NCBI GenBank assembly: GCA_025558095.1
Contig: JAIVFI010000028.1
Span: 1-64,000, forward strand
Direction of reading: 5' to 3'
DNA: 64,000 bases
Source of the DNA: Hyaloraphidium curvatum SAG 235-1
Lineage: Eukaryota > Fungi > Monoblepharomycota
A program made the position numbers and the translations under genes. Below are positions 33,731 through 44,301 of the stretch, piece after piece; position 1 is the first letter of the stretch, and each line of letters begins with the position of its first letter. The notes below the pieces were generated by a model. It saw only the letters and a list, made by a program, of their open reading frames with translations. It had not been told where the DNA came from and searched no databases.

Positions 33731-35800
33731 TCACCACTCGATCGGCTGGCATTCCAAAATGAGCAGCCCGTACCCCGCCACCGCCACCGGAAACAGGCAT
33801 ATGAACAGCGCCGCCGCCCACTCGACCGCCGCATCTAGCGTCCGCACCGGCAGGGTCCGCCGCTCGCCCCTCCTCCAGGCCGCCGCAAGCTCCTGCGCCG
33901 CCGAGCGCAGCGAGAGGATCTCCCACATGGCGGACAGCAGGCGCTCGGCGGGGGACCACGCCCGCCGCGGGCGGAAGTTGAGCGGGCGCTCCGCCGTGTC
34001 GTCGCCGTCCTTGCGCGCGTCGTTGCGCACCGAGGCTAGCCCGCGGAACGCCGAGCGGGAGCCTATCTCGGGCACCCGCGCGGAGAAGAGCACGGCTTCC
34101 CACCGCGACCACACGTGGCAGTCGTCGAAGCGACGCAAGACGCCCCCGCGAAGGATCCCGAGTAGCTGCGCGAGGGCCTCGGCGAGACCGAACGAGACTG
34201 GCGGCTCGGCAAATTCCTCCTCGGCGCGCAAATTGCCCGCCTCGGCCGCGTAAGCCGCGACCGCCCTCCTCGCCGCCGTGTCCGCATCCATGTACCGCGG
34301 GTCGGCGTCGTCCAGCTCGGCCTGCCTGCGGTCATGCAACGGCCCGGCGGCCAGGGATTCCCGGGGCACGTCGTACGTCGCGCAGAACCTCCCCGCATCA
34401 GACAATGCCGGACCGTCCAGCGCCGCGCGCACGAGCAGCTCCACTGCCCCCCCGCGCAGGAACCTCCTCCCGGGGTCGTACCACCCCTCCCCCGCGATCT
34501 CCTCGTCCAGGTGGTGCAGAAACTCGATGGCCAGGGCGTTGAGGACGAGCTCGATGGCCGACTGGGTGAGGAAGAGGACGAAGAGCATGGCGAGGAAGAG
34601 CGCGCACGGGTAGGCCGAGTTGAAGTAGCGGTCGAACTTGTAGCCCAGCCGCATGCCGGGCCCGTCGGCGCCGCGGGACCAGACGGTGCGGCGGAGGCTG
34701 TTGAGCCGGCTCTTTGCCGACGGCTCGTCGCCCAGGGTCTCGTAGACGGCGCCAAAGACGCTCGGGACCACTCGGGAGGCGTAGACGATCCACACCACGG
34801 CGTTCATGAATGCCACGTCCCAGGAGGTGGGGAGGCTGCAGAAGGTGTCCCAGGGTGTGCTGCCCTCGGCGGGCGGGGCGAAGCGGGGAGAGGACCGCGC
34901 GGCGAAGGAGACGAGGAGTACGGGGGCGCAGAGCTGCACGGCGGCCATCACGAGTGCGGTTGTCCAGCCCGTGCCGAGCACGCTGAGGTACTGGTAGCAC
35001 GAGAACTTGGTGTCGGAGAGGTCGATCGCGATGCCGAGGCGGCCGACGGTGTCCATGGAGGCAAAGGTGGTCAGGAGGTGCTCCTTGAGCGCACGCTGGG
35101 CCTGTTCGGGGCGCGAATCGTGCAGGGCTTTGAAGGCGGCGTTGCGCGGGTCGTCGAGCCACGAGTCGTACAGCTGCCCGGCAAAGCCGACGAAATCGAA
35201 CCGCTCGAAATCCAGCTCGTGGTCCTCCTTGAACCTGACCTTGGCTTCCGTCCGCAGCAGGGCGTACTGTTTCCAGACCCACGGCGCCATCCCGAACGCG
35301 CGCTTCAGCCCCTCCTCCGGCGCCCTGAGAAACGACTCCACGGCCACGAAGCCCGACGCGGTGCGGTAGCGCTGCTCCTGCTCCCATTCCGCCCGCGGGA
35401 GCACGTGCGCGATCGGTTCGAGATGCCACCTGCGAACAGTGCCAGCGTGGTGATCAATGGACCGTCCGCATGGCGCAGCGAACTGCACACACCGCATGTC
35501 GTCGTGCAGGCACTCGACCCAGCGTCCGGCGTCGTACTTTGGCGAGCCCGGGGGCCCGAGGGGCGCGTCGACGGACGCGTCGAGCAGCCCCGAATCAGGA
35601 CGGGCGGCGGGCGGCGGGAATTCCACGTCGACGAAGGCCTTGAGGATGTGATCGGGCACGTTGCCGGACGCGTCGACGGCGGCGAGGAGCTCCGACCAGC
35701 GCAGGGCGCGCGCCCCGCCCGTGGTCTCGCGCCGGGGAAGCAGCGGGTCGCGCTCGGCATCGCGGCTCGCGGAGGTCGTGCGTCTGAACAGCGATGGCAT
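33731..35800 (-). CDS. Large intronless multi-pass membrane protein of unknown function (~689 aa)
   Basis: Long ORF with several hydrophobic helices, the motif ELVLNALAIEFLHHLDE and an N-terminal dileucine-like ERDPLL. Confidence 0.7.
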   Translation of the reverse strand: MPSLFRRTTSASRDAERDPLLPRRETTGGARALRWSELLAAVDASGNVPDHILKAFVDVEFPPPAARPDSGLLDASVDAPLGPPGSPKYDAGRWVECLHDDMRCVQFAAPCGRSIDHHAGTVRRWHLEPIAHVLPRAEWEQEQRYRTASGFVAVESFLRAPEEGLKRAFGMAPWVWKQYALLRTEAKVRFKEDHELDFERFDFVGFAGQLYDSWLDDPRNAAFKALHDSRPEQAQRALKEHLLTTFASMDTVGRLGIAIDLSDTKFSCYQYLSVLGTGWTTALVMAAVQLCAPVLLVSFAARSSPRFAPPAEGSTPWDTFCSLPTSWDVAFMNAVVWIVYASRVVPSVFGAVYETLGDEPSAKSRLNSLRRTVWSRGADGPGMRLGYKFDRYFNSAYPCALFLAMLFVLFLTQSAIELVLNALAIEFLHHLDEEIAGEGWYDPGRRFLRGGAVELLVRAALDGPALSDAGRFCATYDVPRESLAAGPLHDRRQAELDDADPRYMDADTAARRAVAAYAAEAGNLRAEEEFAEPPVSFGLAEALAQLLGILRGGVLRRFDDCHVWSRWEAVLFSARVPEIGSRSAFRGLASVRNDARKDGDDTAERPLNFRPRRAWSPAERLLSAMWEILSLRSAAQELAAAWRRGERRTLPVRTLDAAVEWAAALFICLFPVAVAGYGLLILECQPIEW

Positions 35801-35898
35801 GTCTCCGGAGACAATCGGCGCCCTTCGCGGAGGAAGGCGGGCGGTGATCCAGGTCCAAACAACCCAAACAAACGAGACTCGATCTGCACTTGATCGAG

Positions 35899-36792
35899 AT
35901 GTCCGACGAGTCACAGGCGTCTCCCGCGTCCGACTCAAATTCTCCACCTCCGATGCACGTGCACCTTCCGCCGCCGGACCGTCTGCCCGCCGTCCTGCGC
36001 GGGACCGACCCCGACGCGTTCCTCCTAGAAGTGCGCACCGACACCGCCAAACTGAACGAAGCGGGCTCGCTGTGGCCCGTTACCTTGCTCGTTGCCGAAC
36101 ATTTTGCGCGCTGGGCCGCGTCGCTGGAGCCCGGGAAATCTGAAATGGTGTCGGTGCTGGAGCTCGGCGCGGGCACGGGCGCACTCGGTATCGCCGCCAC
36201 GCGCATCCTCTCTTCTCTAGGCCAATCCCCGCACGTGGTGATCACGGACCTGCCGCCCGTGCTGCCCCTCATCCACGGGAACATCGCCGCAAACCGTTCC
36301 CCAGCAACCTCCCTGCCCCTGCCCTGGGGCTCCGAACCGCACCTCGCCGACGCCCTCGCAGCCCTCCCGGCAGGCAAGACGACTTTCGACGCGTTGCTGT
36401 GCTGCGAGTGCCTGTACTGGGGCGGGTGGTCACTCCTCGCCGAGGACACGCGGGGACTTTTGCGGAGCACTCTCGACGCGGCGACGGCTGGGAGCGGCGG
36501 ACGGGGACGGCTGTTCCTGGGGTTCACTGTGAGGGATAGGGGGAGGGAGGTTGGATTTCTGTCGGATCTTGTGGGCCCGGCCGCCGCGCAGGCGCAGAAA
36601 GGGTACGGGATTGAGAGCTACCTTGACACGGAAACGCACGAAGTTATCGCTTTCGAAGGGGACGGCGAGGCAGCGCGGAGGTTCGTGGAGGGCAAGATGG
36701 AAGGAGACGTTGTTGTTCTGTGCCTGGTGCCGAAATGGCATTCTCAACGGGACGCCCAGACGAGTTCTTCGCCGGACGATCAACACAGCTGA
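35899..36792 (+). CDS. Protein lysine methyltransferase, METTL21 / Methyltransf_16 family
   Basis: AGSLWP, VLELGAGTGALGI, VVITDLP, LPWG and FDALLCCECLY. Confidence 0.85.
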   Translation: MSDESQASPASDSNSPPPMHVHLPPPDRLPAVLRGTDPDAFLLEVRTDTAKLNEAGSLWPVTLLVAEHFARWAASLEPGKSEMVSVLELGAGTGALGIAATRILSSLGQSPHVVITDLPPVLPLIHGNIAANRSPATSLPLPWGSEPHLADALAALPAGKTTFDALLCCECLYWGGWSLLAEDTRGLLRSTLDAATAGSGGRGRLFLGFTVRDRGREVGFLSDLVGPAAAQAQKGYGIESYLDTETHEVIAFEGDGEAARRFVEGKMEGDVVVLCLVPKWHSQRDAQTSSSPDDQHS

Positions 36793-36810
36793 TACCCCAG
36801 CTCACTCAGC

Positions 36811-38660
36811 TCACTGCCGAGCGCCCTTCCCCAGCTCCTCCTCTGCAAAGTCCGTGAAGGTTCTCGTGTACGGTTTCTCGAAAACCGCGGCCACGGGCGG
36901 CAGCAGCGCATACGCCAACGCCAGGAGCATACCAGCTGCCGCGGCCCCCTCGAAGGTGCCCAGCCGTCCGGCGGCCAGAGCCCACGCCACGACGGCGGCG
37001 GATGCCACCATGTACGAGACGTGCCAGATGATGTGCGGGAGGTTGGTGCTGAGGGGAGATGCGACGCCGTCCTTGCGCGTGACCGCGAATTCGAGCTGGA
37101 TCGGAGGGGCCGTCAGCTCCGCGGGCGCCGGACGGCGCACGCGGCCTGCCCACCTTGATGCCCAGCAGGGCAGTCGCCGCGGCCTTGAAGTGGCATGCCA
37201 GCATGTACCGCTCGTGCCGCCACTGCGAGACCGCAAGCGCCAGGCCCTCCGTGACAGAGCCAAGCGCCTGCGCCGCGGCGGCCCAGTAGGCGAGGAGGTA
37301 GAATAATGTACTGGCAAGGCAGAGACAGACGAAGATGGCTGGTTTGCCCGTGCCGGCGACGATGGCGGGGTCGATCAGGAGGGCGAAAGGGACAAAAGCT
37401 TGGTAGAGGTTTGCGATCACGGCGACGATGGGACCCGCGGCGTGCCTGCGTGGCGGATACCTTCAGTTGCATGCATGTCCACGGTGGTTGCATGCACGAG
37501 ACCCACATTCCGTAGATGATGCGGTGCGAGAACCTCAGGCCCGGGTTGAAGAACGGCGGCTCGGCCAGAAGCACCTGGATCGACCCGGCGCTCCACCTCC
37601 CCCGCTGCTTCATGTACCCGTCCAGATCCGGCGGCACCAACCCGTACGCGAGGTGCTCCGACACGTACGCGGAGCGGTAGCCCGCGGCGAGGATCCGCAC
37701 CGAGGTGAAGAAGTCCTCCGTCACAGAGCCCGTGGCGAAGCCGCCGGCCCGTTGGAGGGCGGCGCGGGAATAGGCGACGTTGGTGCCGAAGCCGGGGCAG
37801 CAGCCGTGGCCGTCCCAGGAAGGGAGGACCACGTCGTACTGGAAGGTCTCGCGCTGCGATCTGCGGCGGTGAGTATGGATGCCATGAGCGTCGCGGAAAG
37901 ATGTTGCTCGTGGAGAGCAAGGACCCACAAGGTATCGCCAGGCCGCACGGCGTAGAAATCCTGCGGGCTGCTGACCATCCCGATCCCCTCGTCCCGCACG
38001 CCGCCAGGGTAGAAGGGCGCAAGCAGGTTATCCAGCATGCCCGGCACACAGATCATGTCCGCGTCGAGCACCGCGATGAAGTCCCCGTCGGTTTTGCCGC
38101 AGAAGATGGCGTGGTTCAGATTGCCCGCCTTGGCGTGGTGCGGAACGCCCGGCATCTTGGTGCGGGCGATGTACGCGAGATCGGGTCGCTTGAGGTCTTA
38201 CGAACGGCGGGAGAGGCTGGTGACCATTGCCACTACGGCGGGACTGTTTCCGTCGTCCAAGACCAAAACGCGGAGCCTGTCGACGGGGTAGGCGAGGTCG
38301 AGTGCGGCCTGGACCGTCTCCTCGATCACCTGGTGGTGGTGGCGGGGACACGGGATGGGGCAACTTAGCAAAGCACCATGGAGGGCCATGGCGGAGCTGA
38401 AATACCTCGACGGGCTCGGAGTAGCATGGGATCATGAGGTCCACGGTCGGAAATTCAAACGGGGGTGTCGCGGGGTTGAATGAATGCGGAGCAGGCCGCG
38501 AGGGTCGGAAAGAAATAATCGATCAGGAGGAAATTCGGGACGCATCGCCCAGGGGCCTCCCACCAGCAGACCCTTCGTCCACGACCCAAACGAGTGCACG
38601 TCGCGCATCGCAGAGACAGGAATATGTTCCAAAAACCAGGTCTACCGGCAACCCGGGGAG
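36811..38660 (-). pseudogene. Cellulose synthase (BcsA/CesA)-like GT2, multi-intron, with an in-frame TAA and no clear 5' end
   Basis: VDLMIPCYSEP, VLDDG, HAKAGNLN, VLDADM, SPQDFY, GTN, SVTEDF, QRGRW (QxxRW) and FAVTRK (FxVTxK). In-frame TAA at 38198-38200 between SRRS and DLKRPDLAYIAR. Confidence 0.75.
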
Positions 38661-38926
38661 AGAGCGGGCTCCTGGCCACGGATTGGTTGGTGGGGCGTTC
38701 GAAAGGGGGTCGGCGGGGCCGGCGGGCGGCAGCGGTCCAGACCGGTGCGGCGTCCGCATCCACCGCGTCCGCACCCTGATTCTGTCTTTTCGGCCCGGCA
38801 GGAAAGTCACTAAGTACAGCTGGTCTTGAATGTACAGCTGATCCTATGGTGGTCGGCGCACCTCATACAGGTCCAGATTAGGCGGAAGTACTTTGCGCCG
38901 CGGTGTACTCTCGCACGACGAGCCCC

Positions 38927-40324
38927 TCACACCGCAACACCGCCGCACACCGTGTCGAGGACCACGGCGACACCTGCGCCCCTCGCCAAAGTCCACACGC
39001 CGACCGCCACGGTGAAGCCCGTCACCGCGGCGGTCCGCACCGTCGACGCATCCACCGAGCCCCCAAGCCACCGTCCCCTCACATCGTCCGCGGCGAGCAG
39101 ACGCAGCACTTCGGCGTGGTGCACCGCCGCCTCGGTCCCCATCGCGCGGAGGTGCAGAGCGGCGGCGGCGCAGAGTTCGCGTACAGAGGAGATGCCCGAG
39201 TTAAAGTAGGCGACGAGGGTCAAGTCGCGCAGGATGAAGAGGGAGTTAAAGAGGAGGGCGACGGGGAGGAACGCCGGAAGGCAGCTCGAAGAGGCGGCAA
39301 AGATGACGGCGGCGAGAAAGTAGAGTACGGAGATGGTGCTCATATAGCGGCGGACGGTCGAGGCATCGGCTAGGAACGACGCCCATATGCGAGCGAGCGA
39401 AGCATGCAGGGCAAAATAGGGCTCGGCGAGGGCCGAGGTGGGTACCTCGCCGCGGCCGGACCGGGCCACCAGATCGCGCAAGAGAACGCGCATCGCACGG
39501 CCGCGGAGCCTTGTGGAGAGTGCCAAGGGTGGGTGGTGCTGGACGGTCAGCGAAATTGAGCTAAAGCATTCGAAGGCGATTATCGAAGCCAGGAAAAGGA
39601 AGGCGAAAACGGCGCTCCAGGGCGTCGTCCACGTGCTGCTGCCAAAGGTGACGAGCGGTGTCCAGCTTGTGGCAAACAGGACGAAAGTTTCAAGCAGAAA
39701 ATGGGCCCCCACAACAAATGCCATGTCCGAGGCTGCAGCCCTGTCTGGGATCGTGCCCGCACACGTCTTCCTGGGGCACGGGCACAGCGGGTCCGAGTCC
39801 TCATGCTTGATGAGCACAGACCCGTCGTCCACCTTTGCCAGCTGGATCCATCGTGCGGTGCCGGCGTACGAGAGCGTGGAGGCGTCCGAGGGAACGCCTT
39901 GACGGACCCGGCGGTGGGCCCTGAGCAACACGCCGATTGTGAGCGCGGACGAAGGCACCCAGATGACCAATATGCCAACTGCCGAAACGGTGAGCGAGCT
40001 CTGCGGGAACAACGTGCCCCGCCCGTTAAACACGAAGATAGGAGCAAGGTTCACCATGAGCAGCAGCTGGACGCACAGGAGCAAAACGAATACGAGCGGC
40101 TGACCGGGCGTAATCGTGGCCTGAAAGCTCGAAAGGAGTGCCGCCGCAGGGTGTTTTCGCAGCGCCGCGCGGAGGGCGTCGCGTGTCAGCGGTTCCGACT
40201 TCCGGAGCTCAGCGGCAGGGTCCGAGTCGCCGGCGGCGGGCACCAGAGGCGCCCGGAGAGAGGGCGATGCGGGCTGCGGGAAGAGCGCCAGCCATTCTCG
40301 AGCGCTCAGTTGGAGCGGGGCCAT
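38927..40324 (-). CDS. 7-TM membrane protein, DPLCPC family paralog 2 (intronless)
   Basis: LSAREWLALFP, DPAAELRKSEPL, DPLCPCPRKTCAG, TWTTPWS and GRWLGGSVDASTVRTAAVTGFTVAVGVWTLARG. Seven hydrophobic segments. Confidence 0.85.
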   Translation of the reverse strand: MAPLQLSAREWLALFPQPASPSLRAPLVPAAGDSDPAAELRKSEPLTRDALRAALRKHPAAALLSSFQATITPGQPLVFVLLLCVQLLLMVNLAPIFVFNGRGTLFPQSSLTVSAVGILVIWVPSSALTIGVLLRAHRRVRQGVPSDASTLSYAGTARWIQLAKVDDGSVLIKHEDSDPLCPCPRKTCAGTIPDRAAASDMAFVVGAHFLLETFVLFATSWTPLVTFGSSTWTTPWSAVFAFLFLASIIAFECFSSISLTVQHHPPLALSTRLRGRAMRVLLRDLVARSGRGEVPTSALAEPYFALHASLARIWASFLADASTVRRYMSTISVLYFLAAVIFAASSSCLPAFLPVALLFNSLFILRDLTLVAYFNSGISSVRELCAAAALHLRAMGTEAAVHHAEVLRLLAADDVRGRWLGGSVDASTVRTAAVTGFTVAVGVWTLARGAGVAVVLDTVCGGVAV

Positions 40325-40639
40325 ATCGGTTGCTGGGCGGGCGGAAGGAAGGAAGGAAGCGTGGAAACCTCGAAACGTCCCCCGGCCGCATCCGAACGTC
40401 CAACCGTTGAGCGCGGGCAACGAAGAGCGACATTCAGTTCGCGCACATTCCCAACGTTCTTCTCAAATAATATATTCATATTAGTGGTTCCCATTGTCTG
40501 TACACGTGTGTGGCGTCGGCCGACCGGCGGGCCTCAACATCCGGCCGCGGCGGATAGTGTCCGGCGTCTATGTTAATCCCAATAGTGATGATGGAGCCCG
40601 CCCGGCGGGCCCCGAGAGCGTGCGGAGAGTGGTATCCCA

Positions 40640-43586
40640 TTAGGGCATAGCCTGGAAGCCTTGCATGGAAACGGAGCGGCGAATGACCTCGACGTTGCCG
40701 CACCGGTCGCGCACCGTGAGCTGCACGGAGTAGTAGTAGTACTGCTGGTCTGTGTCACTGGTGGGAACTTGCGTTAAACGAAGCAGCGCGCACTCCGTCG
40801 AACTGGCCCTTACGCGTGCGATGCTGCGTTGAAGGTCCCAGATAGCACCCCCTTGAACTGGTACGGGCTGTGTTGGTGGCAGAGGAACCCCTGGCAGTGC
40901 ACCAAGTTGACGTCCCAGGTGAACATGGACGCCGGCACCGCGGTGCGGCGGTCCCAGTACGTCGCCGTGGCGGCGAACTGCACGTTCGTGTCCGGCGGGG
41001 CGATAAGGCCCTCGGGGGGTTGGGTCATGGTGACGATCGGGGCGTACGGCGAGCTCGGGCCGCAGTACGCCTTGACCTCGGCCCAGTTGAAGTGCGAGGG
41101 CTGCCACACTTCGCCGCGACGGGGGTCCAGGTGCGGCGCGACGGCCGCCTGCAGGCTCACGCGGTTGAACCGGTGCAGCCCGCGGATGTCGAAGGACAGG
41201 GGGTTCGACCCCAGGTCCATCCGCCGCACCAGGCTCGAGTTCCACACCACTCGGCTGTCGTCCACGGTGCGAACGGTCCAAGAGCCCGAAACGTTCAGTT
41301 GCGGGCCCGTGTTGTTCAGGCCGTAGTGCGGGTAGAACCGCCGCACTTCCTCGTCGACGCCGACGACGCCCGTGATTCGGTAGCAGCAGCGGTTGAGAAG
41401 GACGTCGATTTGGCTGGAGAGGCGGTCGAGCCGAGTCAGCACTCGAGCTCGCAGCCCCCCAAACCCGCCCAATACCCACCTAAGCGCGTGCGTCCCCCAT
41501 CCGGTGATGTACCAGCGGTTGTTGATGTTGAGCGTCCTGCCCGTGTTGGCCTGCCCGCTCAGACCGACAGAGGCGTCCAGGCCCACGGGGCCCCAGTTGC
41601 CGTTTCTCGCGAACCGGAGCCTGCTCCTCGGCCAGCCTTCCCTCGACAGGAAGGTGAGGTCGCCGATGGGCTGCTGCCCGGTCGCCGCGGCGCAGGTCGG
41701 CACGACGATGCGCGCGGCGCCCGTGGGGTCGCAAAGCGGATCCGGAGGGCGCTTGGAGGTGGTGGGCACCGGCCGTGCGGTAGTCAGCCGCGGCACGGTC
41801 GGGTTGGGCGGCGGGGTGAAGCCCGAGATGCGGAACCGGATGACGGAACCCTGCTGCGCCTGGCTCAGGTAGTAGAGCCATCCGTCCGTGCCGACGCGGA
41901 AGGTGCACGGCCCGTCCCCGCCGTAGAAGAACGTGACGGTGCCGCCGCCCGGGCTGACGGCCCAAACGCGGCCCGAGGTGTAGTCCGCGACGATCCACCG
42001 ACCTCCGACGCCGGGGTAGTAGGAGGGGATCTGCACGCCGCCAATGGCGGCGGACGAAGCACCGTCGTGGTTCCACTGGAACAGCACGCCCTTGTTGCCC
42101 GGAATGCCGGCGTACGGGTTGTCCCCGTTGAGGATGCGCTGGCAGATGGGCGTGCCAGGGACCAGGCCGGGAGAGACGTTGGTGCCTTCCCAGCTGAAGA
42201 ACAGAAACGCGGCGTCAGCAGAGCGGTGCCGTCCAGCCTGCCTCCACCACCCACCAAGGCCAGCCCATGTTCTGCCCCCTGTAGATGACCTTGAGACTTT
42301 CCCACGTGTACCACCCCACCTCGCCGCAGTACACCGCGTTCGGCCCTCCGGAGCAGCGGAACGGCTGCCGCAGCCCCACGGCCCACACCTTGCACCTCGC
42401 GGACCAGACGGAGCCCCCGTTGCAGAACGGGTTGTCCCTCCGTCCCGCTCCCGTGTCGGGATCGATGCGGAGGATCTTGCCGCCGAGGAAGTTGGGGTCC
42501 ATGGACAGGGCGCGGTCGACGAGGCCCTGGCCGTTCGAGTACCAGAAGGTGCCGTCGTGGATCTGGCCCTCGCCGACCGAGACCCAGAGAGAGCCGTCGC
42601 CGGCGAACCACAGGGAGCCGATGGAGTGGGTGGTGCCGATCATGGGCTGCGTGGGGGACGGTGGGTGAGCCAAGGAGGCAGCAGCAGGCGACAGAGGGAC
42701 GTACCGAGCAGTTGTCGTTGTAGTTCCACTGGATCGAAAGAAGGGGCCGAAAAGCAGGGTCAGCATCACGTAAACGATCCCGGCGACCGCGCGAAACAGG
42801 GGCCGGATGACCGTCGGGGCTGCGGCTGGTTGCGGGCGGTGTCAAGCCCGAACTGTGTGCCGCAGCCGGCGCAAGGGCAGCATCCCCATCCCCCGCGACG
42901 GAGAATCGGCGCCTCCCATCCCGTAAGGCGGGGTCAAAATCGCCGGTTGCGCCCGCCCCCGACTGAATCCGACGGCCGATGCCCCGTCCACGCGGTCCCC
43001 GCCGTCGGCCACCCGTGTGACTCACGCTCCCGTCCAGCCTGCACGTGCTGCCGAAGATCACCCTCTCGTCCTGCAGGGCATCGTTGCGGTACGTGAACCG
43101 CGAGATCATGTTGTAGTTGCCACCTGCGGCGGCGGGGGGGATCAGGGGCTTTCGCGGCGGCCGGTGCTGTGGTACGCACCTCCGTTGTGGTTCGGGTCGA
43201 CGGTGTACCCGATGTAGATGTATGGACGTCCTCGGTAGAAGTCCCGATCGATGGCGAAGCCCATCAGGCCCCGGTCTGGTCGAAACGAGCGGTTAGCGCG
43301 TCCGGGGGCGGCATTTCCCCGAGGACGGTGGCCCACCTCCCTGCGACGGCGCCACGCGGCCCGTAATGTCCACGAGCACGCGGGACCATCGCCCGTTGCG
43401 GAAGAGCACGAGGCGGCCCCGGCGGCCCGCGATGATCAGGCGCTCCTCGTCGAGCCACTGGAAGTCGGACACCGAATCTCCGAACGTCGCCACGCGTTCG
43501 GCAATGACGCCCCCGGGGAGTCCGCTCGGCCACGCAAGCGCCCGCCCACATAGGGCGAGGAGCGCGAGGAGGAGGAGCGGGATCAT
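40640..43586 (-). CDS. Secreted PQQ-dependent glucose/sorbosone dehydrogenase-like protein with NPCBM/NEW2 and C-terminal Ig/PKD-like domains (multiple introns)
   Basis: Signal peptide MIPLLLLALLALCGRALA. GSDH motifs DRGLMGFAID, THSIGSLWFAGDGSLWVSVGEG, GKILRID..DNPF, GLRQPFR and GEVGWYTWE. Pro/Thr linker. NPCBM-like WGPVGLD..GRTLNIN..GWGTHA..GVVGVDEE. Confidence 0.8.
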
Positions 43587-44301
43587 GGCTCCTGGCGCGT
43601 GGGGAGGGGTCGGGGGGAGTGCCTGTGGCTGCGGCACAGGAAAATCCTCTCCAAGCCCTTCGGTACCAGCCCGCCTGACTTTCACACAAACGTGTCCCTC
43701 ATTTTTCGCGGATGGAGCGTCCGGAGGCCGACTACCGGCTGGATCAGCTCTTCCTGATCTTAGTCGATGAGAGACCGGCCCCGAAGCTGAACCCACGTGG
43801 CCGAATTCCGGTTTCGGCTTCCCACACGGAAGATAAGGCACCAGGACTGGCCAATCGTCGCAACAGTCGCACAGAGCGTGAAGAAATTGCCATATTTTAA
43901 ACCTGGGATTTTCCTCGTCGCGCATCATGGGGAGCAAGGCCGGTTGGGAGGACCGTGTCGCGAGGGACAGCTGGCGGGACGGGTTCACTTATCGAGGTCC
44001 GATCCACGCCATCAGCGGATGCTCGTACATGATTGCAATTGATCGGTGCCTTTATCGTGGACACCTTGTTAAATGGGATGGTTGCGTGCATGGCCTGGTC
44101 GAAAGAAGACTGCCACTGGCGCGGAGACGCGTCGCAACAACGCGGCACAGGCACCGTGCCCCGCCGCATCCGCCGCTCCGCCCGCCCGCCCACCGCGGCG
44201 CCGGCATTTTTGGCATTGTTCCATCCGGGCCCCGTGGGACCGAGGCGTTCCACCGGCGCGCCGCCGGGAAGGCGGGTCCAAACAAGGGCACGCTACTCGG
44301 G

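Noticed and set aside
38198-38200. Stop-codon recoding or an alternative genetic code to rescue the CesA-like gene and the lipase
   Set aside because: TAA, TAG and TGA all terminate clearly intact genes in this window (copy D ends TAA, RBG2 ends TAG). The lipase has additional lesions.
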